Made by a program: the position numbers and the translations under genes
Notes under the pieces: generated by a model
Seen by the model: only the letters and a program-made list of their open reading frames with translations
The model's database searches: none
What the model was told of the DNA's origin: nothing
Assembly (NCBI GenBank): GCA_016208535.1
Contig: JACQXW010000021.1
Location: forward strand, 1-39,267
Length of the DNA: 39,267 bases
Direction of reading: 5' to 3'
Origin: Candidatus Terrybacteria bacterium
GTDB lineage: Bacteria > Patescibacteriota > Minisyncoccia > UBA9983
Shown: piece after piece, positions 32,997 to 39,267 of the stretch
Layout: each line of letters begins with the position of its first letter
Numbering within the stretch: the stretch's first letter is position 1

Positions 32997-34007
32997 ATGG
33001 CAAAAACCTATCACATCATCACCTTTGGCTGTCAGGCGAATTTGGCAGACAGCGAGCGCATTGCGCGGAAATTGGAAATGAGCGGATATAAAATGGTGGC
33101 TAAACCGAAGTCAGCCAACCTTATTGTTATTAACGCTTGCTCGGTGCGGCAATCGGCGATTGATCGCGTGTACGGCAGAATAAGAGAATTATCGGCCCAA
33201 GGCCGACCAGCCTCGGGCTGGAAAAATAAAAAAATAATTTTGGCTGGTTGCGTGCTTGAAGTAGATAAAAGAAAACTTAAAGATAAAATTGACGAATTCT
33301 GGCATCCGGATGAATATTTTGACCTAGTGCCTATTGGCTCTGGTTCTAATGTGGCCTACATCCCGATTATGACCGGCTGTAATAACTTCTGCACCTATTG
33401 CGCCGTGCCCTATACCCGCGGCCGCGAGCGCTCGCGGCCGGCAAAAAATATTATAAAAGACGTAAAAAACGCTCTAAAAAATAAGATTAAAGAAATCTGG
33501 CTGTTAGGACAAAATGTGAACAGCTATAAATATGATTTTCTAAAATTATTAAAAACAATCAACGATATTGCTGGCGATTTTAAAATTCATTTTATGTCAT
33601 CTCATCCCAAAGATTTTTCTGATGAATTAATAAAAACTATCGCTGAATGCAAAAAAGTTTCCAGAGAAATTCATCTGCCAGCGCAATCGGGAGATAATAT
33701 GATACTTAAAAAAATGAACCGCAAATACACCGTCGGCCGCTACAAAAAACTTATCAAAAAAATCCGTAAGGCGGTTCCAGATATAAAAATTTCCACTGAT
33801 ATCATTGTCGGCTTTCCCAGTGAAACAGAAAAACAATTTCAGAACACGGTAAAATTATTTAAAGAATTAAAATTCAGCAAAGCGTATATCGGCAAATACT
33901 CTCCCCGCCCCGGCACCCCGGCGGCAAAAATGAAGGATGACGTGTCGATTAAGGAGAAAAAACGACGCTGGAAAATATTAAATGAAATCGCAAACCCAAA
34001 AAAATAA
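32997..34007 (+). CDS. miaB: radical-SAM methylthiotransferase, MiaB-like, without a TRAM domain
   Basis: N-domain (YHIITFGCQAN, INACSVRQSA), CNNFCTYCAVPYTRGRERSR, and adjacency to miaA. The start at 32997 is chosen because the longer ORF overlaps the tRNA. Confidence 0.75.
   Translation: MAKTYHIITFGCQANLADSERIARKLEMSGYKMVAKPKSANLIVINACSVRQSAIDRVYGRIRELSAQGRPASGWKNKKIILAGCVLEVDKRKLKDKIDEFWHPDEYFDLVPIGSGSNVAYIPIMTGCNNFCTYCAVPYTRGRERSRPAKNIIKDVKNALKNKIKEIWLLGQNVNSYKYDFLKLLKTINDIAGDFKIHFMSSHPKDFSDELIKTIAECKKVSREIHLPAQSGDNMILKKMNRKYTVGRYKKLIKKIRKAVPDIKISTDIIVGFPSETEKQFQNTVKLFKELKFSKAYIGKYSPRPGTPAAKMKDDVSIKEKKRRWKILNEIANPKK
33193..33221. repeat. two tandem GC-rich mini-hairpins inside the miaB-like gene
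   Basis: cggcc-caa-ggccg, then a, then ccagcc-tcg-ggctgg. Encodes AQGRPASGW in a linker region. Confidence 0.7.
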
Positions 34008-34914
34008 AATCGTAGTAATTCTTGGCCCTACTGCCTCCGGAAAAAGCGAATTAGCCGTAAGGCTCGCCCGCCAAATGGCGGGTGAAATTATTTCCGCTGA
34101 TTCGCGGCAGGTTTATAAAGGATTGGATATCGGTAGTGGAAAAATTACAAAAAAAGAAATGCAAGGCATAAAACATCACTGCATTGATATTGTTTCTCCG
34201 AAAAAGGTTTTTACCGCCTTGGATTTCAAAAAATGCGCGGAGAAAGCGATTAAAGATATTATATCTCGCGGAAAAACGCCTATCATCTGCGGCGGAACCG
34301 GATTTTACATAAGCGCCATAACCGGCGGAATCAATATCCCCAAAGTAAAACCTGATTGGAAATTAAGAAAGCGACTGGAAAGAAAAACAACCGAGGAATT
34401 ATTTAAAATGCTGAAAAAATTAAATCCTGAACGGGCAAGAAATATAGATAGACATAATCCCAGGCGGCTGATTAGGGCAATAGAGATAGCGAAAATGAAG
34501 CCGTCAGCCATCAGTCACCAGCCGTCAGAAGCTGAAAGCCGAAAGCTGAAAGCTGAAAGCTATACCCTTATAGGCATTAAACTGCCGGAAAAAGAATTAA
34601 AAAGGAGAATAGAAAAAAGGATTAATAAAATGTTAAAACTTGGTCTAATTAAAGAAACAAAAAAACTCCGCGATTCAGGATTATCTTGGAAACGGCTTTA
34701 CGAACTCGGTTTTGAATACAAATATCCAGCAATGTTGCTACGGGGCGAGATTACTAAAAATGAGATGTTAAAAAGAATGATTATAGAAAACCGGCAATAC
34801 GCCAAACGCCAGATGACTTGGTTCAAAAAATTTATGCCAAAAACGAGATGGATTCGGGGGTGCAAGGAATCGAACCCTGGTCTTTTCTTTTGGAGAGAAA
34901 AATTCTACCACTGA
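33982..34914 (+). CDS. miaA: tRNA dimethylallyltransferase
   Basis: P-loop GPTASGKS, DSRQVYKGLDIGS, RRLIRAIEI, YAKRQMTWF. The last 60 nt run antisense through tRNA-Trp. Confidence 0.9.
   Translation: MKSQTQKNKIVVILGPTASGKSELAVRLARQMAGEIISADSRQVYKGLDIGSGKITKKEMQGIKHHCIDIVSPKKVFTALDFKKCAEKAIKDIISRGKTPIICGGTGFYISAITGGINIPKVKPDWKLRKRLERKTTEELFKMLKKLNPERARNIDRHNPRRLIRAIEIAKMKPSAISHQPSEAESRKLKAESYTLIGIKLPEKELKRRIEKRINKMLKLGLIKETKKLRDSGLSWKRLYELGFEYKYPAMLLRGEITKNEMLKRMIIENRQYAKRQMTWFKKFMPKTRWIRGCKESNPGLFFWREKFYH
34502..34564. repeat. nine-unit heptamer array (63 nt = 21 codons) inside miaA, with two arms of opposite polarity
   Basis: cgtcagc catcagt caccagc cgtcaga | agctgaa agccgaa agctgaa agctgaa agctata. 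Encodes PSAISHQPSEAESRKLKAESY. Confidence 0.85.
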
Positions 34915-34925
34915 ACCACACCCCC
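34855..34925 (-). tRNA. tRNA-Trp (anticodon CCA)
   Basis: 71 nt. Acceptor GGGGGTG/CACCCCC, anticodon loop CTCCAAA, T-arm CAGGGTTCGATTCCTTG, discriminator G. Confidence 0.9.
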
Positions 34926-34929
34926 AATT

Positions 34930-35088
34930 TTACTTCTTCACCTCCTTATGCATCGTCTGTTTTCTGCACCAATTGCAAAATTTCTTAAGCTCGATTTTGC
35001 GCTCAACTTTTTTCTTGTTCTTTCTGCTCCAATAATTTACACGTTTGCAGGTTTTACATTGTAATTTTATTAAATTTTCCTGACTCAT
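34930..35088 (-). CDS. rpmG: 50S ribosomal protein L33
   Basis: A 52-aa ORF absent from the supplied track: MSQENLIKLQCKTCKRVNYWSRKNKKKVERKIELKKFCNWCRKQTMHKEVKK. It has the CxxC...CxxC L33 pattern and the typical rpmG/tRNA-Trp neighbourhood. Confidence 0.9.
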   Translation of the reverse strand: MSQENLIKLQCKTCKRVNYWSRKNKKKVERKIELKKFCNWCRKQTMHKEVKK

Positions 35089-35099
35089 AAATTATTTTA

Positions 35100-35184
35100 T
35101 GGGTAGGGAGGGATTCGAACCCCCGAAGGCCGTCAGGCCGCCAGATTTACAGTCTGGTGCGATTGACCGCTCCGCCACCTACCC
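35100..35184 (-). tRNA. tRNA-Tyr (anticodon GTA), long variable arm
   Basis: 85 nt. Acceptor GGGTAGG/CCTACCC, anticodon stem CCAGA/TCTGG with loop CTGTAAA, variable arm GGCCTGACGGCC, T-loop TTCGAAT. Confidence 0.9.
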
Positions 35185-37853
35185 TAGATTTTAATCTTTT
35201 CTTTTACCTCTTCTTTTTTAACCTTTTCTCTTTTTTTCACCTCAAGTATTATTTCACTATTTTTTACATCCACCATCATCACACTCCCCTCTTTTGCCCT
35301 AGCGCTCACAATAAACTCAGCCGCCTTGTTTAAAATCTTATTCTGGATCAAGCGCTTCAAGGGCCTGGCGCCATAATGGGGATTATATCCTTCTTTCGCC
35401 AAAAAAGAAAGGGTTGACGCCGAGATTTTCAAATTAATTCCTTTCTCTTTCAATCTCTTGGCGACAAAATCAATCTGAATTTTGACAATATCTTCAATGT
35501 CCCGGGGCGTGAGAGTATTGAAGATAATGATTTCATCCAGCCGGTTCAAAAACTCGGGCCTGAATTTGTTTTCCAGGGCCTCTCTAATCTTGCTCTTTAA
35601 TTCATTCTCTTTTTTTTCATTCTCTTTTTCTTCAGTCATAAAACCGAGTGTTCCCATCTGCCGAATATAATCGGAGCCGATATTGGAAGTCATAATCAGA
35701 ATCGTATTCTTAAAATTGACATGCCTGCCCTTGGCGTCTGTCAATCTTCCATTATCAAGAATCTGAAGCATTATATTAAAAACCTCGGGATGAGCCTTTT
35801 CAATCTCGTCAAAAAGCACAACTGAATACGGCCGGTGCCTGATGAGCTCTGTGAGTTGTCCGCCTTCTTCATATCCCACATAACCCGGGGGGGAACCGAT
35901 GATTTTGGAAACCGTGTGGCGCTCCATATATTCAGACATGTCAACCCTGATCAATGATTTCTCGTCATTAAACATGAATTCTGCTAAGGTCTTTGCCAGC
36001 TCAGTCTTGCCCACTCCGGTCGGGCCAAGGAACATAAAGGAACCGATAGGCCTGTCCTCGTAGGAAATTCCGGCCCGCGACCGGCGCACAGCATTGCTGA
36101 TTTTGGAAATGGCCTCATTTTGACCTCTCACCCTCTTCTGAAGAATCTCTTCCATCTTCAAAAGTTTCTCCGCCTCTGTTTCCAGCATCCTAGATACTGG
36201 AATGCCGGTCCATCTTGAAACAACCGAGGCAATATCCTCTTCAGTGATATCTTCTTTCAGGATTCGGCGCGAGACCTGCAATTTCTTTAATCTCTTTTCC
36301 TCTGTTTGCAGCTGATTCTCCATTTGGGGAATGGCTCCGTAACGCAATTCAGCCACCCGCGCCAAGTCGGCCCGGCGCTCGGCATTGTCTGCCTCCAAAC
36401 GGTAGACCTCTAAATCCTTCTTTAGTTTGCCGATAGAATTTATAACCTCTTTTTCGCTTCTCCATTTGATTTCCAAATGAGAAATCTTTTCCTTAAGATT
36501 GTTTATTTCCTTTTCTATCTCCTTGATTCTTTTTTGAGGCTTTTCGCTCTCGTCTTTTTTTAAAGCCTCTTTTTCAATTTCTAATTTTGTGATCTGCCTG
36601 TAGGCAACATCAAGTTCTTCCGGCATGCTATCCAATTCCAGTCTCAGAGCGGAACAAGCTTCGTCAATCAGATCAATGGCTTTGTCCGGCAGAAATCTGT
36701 CTGCGATATAACGGCTGGAAAATTGGACAGCCGCGCGAATGGCCTCATCAGTGATGCGAATTCCGTGATACAATTCATATTTCCTTTTCAGTCCCCGCAA
36801 AATGGCCACAGCATTGTCTAAGGACGGCTCGTCAACATAAACCGGCTGGAATCTTCGCGCCAAAGCAGGATCTTTTTCAATATGCCTCTGATATTCTTTT
36901 AAGGTCGTGGCTCCGATGGCGCGCAAATCTCCTTTGGCCAAGGCCGGCTTGAGCATATTGGAGGCGTCAATGGCTCCCTCTGCCGCACCGGCGCCAATGA
37001 TGGTGTGGATCTCGTCTATAAAAAGAATGATTTTGCCGGCTGATTTTTCTATTTCCCGTATCACTGTCTTTAAACGCTCTTCAAATTCTCCCCTGTATTT
37101 TGTGCCTGCAACCAGGGCGGCCAAATCCAAAGAAATTACCTGTTTATCTTTCAATGTCTCCGGCACGTCGCCTTGGCTAATTCTAGAGCTAAGCCCCTCA
37201 ATAATGGCTGTCTTACCAACCCCGGCCTCGCCCACCAAGATGGGATTATTTTTTGTCCTTCGGCTCAAAATTTGCATCACCCTTCTGATCTCTTCCTCCC
37301 GGCCGATAACCGGGTCAAGTTTATCCTCTTTCGCCAACTTGGTCAGATTGCGGCTGTATTTTTCAAAAAATCCTGATCTTCCTTGCGGCTCAACATCCGT
37401 AATTTTTGCCTGCCTGAGCTGATTCAGAATTTCCAAGACACCTTCTTTATCTATTTTGAATTTGTTTAAAATTTCTTTGGCCCTGGAGGGAATTTCCAAA
37501 AGCGCCAAAAAAAGATGCTCGGTGGAAACGTAATCATCCTTCAGATAAAGGGCGATTCGATGCGAAGTTTCAAAAACTTTCGCCAATTCGGGCGTGAGAT
37601 AAATCTGATAGGATGGCGTGAGCAGGCTGGAACGCTCGCGGTCGCTCAAGTTGTCCATAATGGAATCTGTAAGAAAAACAATATCTATCCCCATTCTTTC
37701 AAGAATGGCAATAACCAGGCTGTCCTCCTGCAGAGTTAAACCAGCCAAAAGATGCAGAACATCAATATGATTCTGTCCTCTTTCCATGGCCAGTTCATGC
37801 GCTCTCCGCACAGCCTCCTGGGCCTTGATTGTGAAATTTGAAAATGGGGGCAT
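35184..37853 (-). CDS. clpB: ATP-dependent chaperone ClpB
   Basis: 889 aa with a Clp N-domain, two AAA+ modules (GEAGVGKT, GPTGVGKT) and a long coiled-coil M-domain between them. Confidence 0.97.
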   Translation of the reverse strand: MPPFSNFTIKAQEAVRRAHELAMERGQNHIDVLHLLAGLTLQEDSLVIAILERMGIDIVFLTDSIMDNLSDRERSSLLTPSYQIYLTPELAKVFETSHRIALYLKDDYVSTEHLFLALLEIPSRAKEILNKFKIDKEGVLEILNQLRQAKITDVEPQGRSGFFEKYSRNLTKLAKEDKLDPVIGREEEIRRVMQILSRRTKNNPILVGEAGVGKTAIIEGLSSRISQGDVPETLKDKQVISLDLAALVAGTKYRGEFEERLKTVIREIEKSAGKIILFIDEIHTIIGAGAAEGAIDASNMLKPALAKGDLRAIGATTLKEYQRHIEKDPALARRFQPVYVDEPSLDNAVAILRGLKRKYELYHGIRITDEAIRAAVQFSSRYIADRFLPDKAIDLIDEACSALRLELDSMPEELDVAYRQITKLEIEKEALKKDESEKPQKRIKEIEKEINNLKEKISHLEIKWRSEKEVINSIGKLKKDLEVYRLEADNAERRADLARVAELRYGAIPQMENQLQTEEKRLKKLQVSRRILKEDITEEDIASVVSRWTGIPVSRMLETEAEKLLKMEEILQKRVRGQNEAISKISNAVRRSRAGISYEDRPIGSFMFLGPTGVGKTELAKTLAEFMFNDEKSLIRVDMSEYMERHTVSKIIGSPPGYVGYEEGGQLTELIRHRPYSVVLFDEIEKAHPEVFNIMLQILDNGRLTDAKGRHVNFKNTILIMTSNIGSDYIRQMGTLGFMTEEKENEKKENELKSKIREALENKFRPEFLNRLDEIIIFNTLTPRDIEDIVKIQIDFVAKRLKEKGINLKISASTLSFLAKEGYNPHYGARPLKRLIQNKILNKAAEFIVSARAKEGSVMMVDVKNSEIILEVKKREKVKKEEVKEKIKI

Positions 37854-37854
37854 A

Positions 37855-37882
37855 CAATTTAAATTTCTAATTTCTAAAGATT
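37855..37882. repeat. short heptamer run caattta aatttct aatttct aaagatt between the htrA stop and the clpB start
   Basis: Only two perfect units. It spans the htrA stop (37874-37876) and ends 1 nt from the clpB start codon. Confidence 0.4.
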
Positions 37883-39079
37883 CTCCGGGCGTTCGCCTAA
37901 AATTACACTCACTGTCATCTCTTTTCCGTCGCGCAGGATTTTAAGAGCCACTGTGTCAGCGACGCGATACTTGCTCAATAATAAGCCTATATCCTCAAGG
38001 ATAATGTCTCCCTCTTTAAGACCGGCTTTTTCCGCTGGCCCATTCGGATCTATGGCTGGCTCGTCACCCGGACCTTTTACCAATTGAACGCCGTTTTCAA
38101 CAACCTTGTATCTTATGCCTATGTACGGATACTTTATCTTTCCGAATTCCTTGGCATCGGCAATATCCCTTTTGGCGACGTTTATCGGCAGGGCAAAACC
38201 GACATTTTCCGCTGACTGCGCCACTGCAACATTGATACCTATCACCCGGCCGAATATGTCAAGCAACGGCCCGCCGGAATTCCCAGGATTGATGGCCGCG
38301 TCAGTCTGAATCAATTCTTGCAGTTCTACCGGCCCGGATAACGCGCCTTCGGCTGTTATGCTCCTGTGCAAACCGGAAATTATCCCGACTGAAACCGTGT
38401 TCTGAAATTCTCCCAAGGTGTTGCCAATGGCAATAACAGTCTGGCCGACATTGAGGCTGTCAGAGTCGCCGAGCGGAATTGGCTTGAATTCGCCAGTTGG
38501 CGAACTACCTTCAACCTTCAAAATAGCTATGTCCTGAAACGGATCCCGGGCCAAAACCTTTGCATCCAATTTTTGGCCGTTAGTCATGATTATCGAATAA
38601 TCTGCATCAGCATCTTCAACCACATGCCTATTAGTAACCAACAAGCCGTCTCTGGAAACAAAAAAGCCGGTGCCGCTGGAAACCTGTTTTTTCTCAGTGC
38701 CCTTTTGCTTGTATTGCGGAATTTGAAAATCAGGAAAAATGTCCCCAAAGGGGTTGATGTAATATTCTTCTATCACCGGAATGTCTTTTGTCGCCACAAC
38801 GCTTGCCACAGATGGAGAAATGTCTTTGACCATTTTCACCAAGGCTTCTTCCTGGCCGTTGTATATCTGCGCATTATTATTTTGGTTTTGTTCCGGCTTT
38901 TTCTCTTCCGGCGTCAGCGGAATGGGTGTTATTTTTTCAATCACCTTATGCACTGTCTGGGTGAACGGCGCCGGCGCCTGACTCATCAGACTGACTGTGA
39001 CAATCCCGGTTGCCAAAGAGGTCATAAAACTGACCAGTAAAGTCAATAAAACAATCTGCGTTTTTGTGAGATTTTCCAT
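37874..39079 (-). CDS. htrA: HtrA/DegP-family serine protease with PDZ domain
   Basis: 401 aa with an N-terminal TM helix, catalytic blocks TNRHV, D.A.LK and GNSGGPL, and a C-terminal PDZ domain. Confidence 0.9.
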   Translation of the reverse strand: MENLTKTQIVLLTLLVSFMTSLATGIVTVSLMSQAPAPFTQTVHKVIEKITPIPLTPEEKKPEQNQNNNAQIYNGQEEALVKMVKDISPSVASVVATKDIPVIEEYYINPFGDIFPDFQIPQYKQKGTEKKQVSSGTGFFVSRDGLLVTNRHVVEDADADYSIIMTNGQKLDAKVLARDPFQDIAILKVEGSSPTGEFKPIPLGDSDSLNVGQTVIAIGNTLGEFQNTVSVGIISGLHRSITAEGALSGPVELQELIQTDAAINPGNSGGPLLDIFGRVIGINVAVAQSAENVGFALPINVAKRDIADAKEFGKIKYPYIGIRYKVVENGVQLVKGPGDEPAIDPNGPAEKAGLKEGDIILEDIGLLLSKYRVADTVALKILRDGKEMTVSVILGERPENL

Positions 39080-39182
39080 ATTTTTCTTTATTTTATAGGA
39101 AATTTATATTTGTGTCAAATGAGATTGGTAATGTGCACACACATATGGCGGTTTCCTCTAAAATGGGGAAATGGCAATATGT

Positions 39183-39267
39183 ATGGCAAAAACAATTAAA
39201 GAGGAAAGATTAAGATGGATAATGCCGATTATTAGACATGAGGTTAAACTGGTTGATGTGGCAAGGA
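39183..39267 (+). mobile_element. possible 5' end of a transposase gene (runs off the window)
   Basis: ATG at 39183 opens MAKTIKEERLRWIMPIIRHEVKLVDVAR. This looks like an N-terminal HTH segment of IS481/IS3-like transposases. Only 28 codons are visible. Confidence 0.3.

Noticed and set aside
33419-33440. 22-nt perfect palindrome cggccgcgagcgctcgcggccg in the miaB-like gene
   Set aside because: It encodes the universally conserved RGRERSRP motif that follows the radical-SAM CxxxCxxC, so it is not an insertion. The palindrome arises from Arg/Gly/Glu/Ser codon choice, although the CGN Arg codons are unusual for this AT-rich genome.

Overview
AT-rich, very gene-dense bacterial chromosome segment with about 40 CDS and 4 tRNAs. 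All protein calls rest on motif recognition by eye; no database search was run.

The gene content and style suggest a reduced-genome, CPR/Patescibacteria-like organism (inference only). The signs are a reduced dcw/peptidoglycan cluster, short housekeeping proteins, almost no Shine-Dalgarno sequences by eye, and a four-helix-bundle (IVS/Avd-type) gene.

Gene order:
- Left: lysS, then mraZ-rsmH-ftsL-like-ftsI-murF, a small island (tRNA-Glu, tatD relic, orphan Zn-ribbon ORF), dac-mraY-amidohydrolase-speH-ftsW-[four-helix-bundle gene]-murG.
- Middle: cysS and corA (-), tgt-ctpA-rplI-pyrG, rpmA (-), Ada-like ORF, PD-(D/E)XK nuclease, small membrane ORF, M23 peptidase and gltX (all -), a RAYT/IS200-like Y1 transposase with REP-like hairpins, dnaB-recR-topA.
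- Right: an RSH (rel), parB (-), a GIY-YIG ORF, miaB-like and miaA, tRNA-Trp, rpmG, tRNA-Tyr, clpB and htrA (all -).
- Both window edges are transposase fragments on the same strand.

The most unusual signal is not an operon but miniature DNA insertions that the gene map does not explain:
1. 7-bp-periodic degenerate arrays, typically 5 units (35 nt). They fill stop-to-start spacers and also sit in frame inside conserved genes (rsmH, amidohydrolase, cysS, tgt, nuclease, gltX, miaA and others).
2. 19-nt mini-hairpin units and short GC-rich perfect palindromes.

The clearest case is a copy of nt 1-43 of tRNA-Leu(CAA). It is split by insertions of exactly 38, 19 and 19 nt, abuts the start codon of the GIY-YIG ORF, and has the intact tRNA just downstream.
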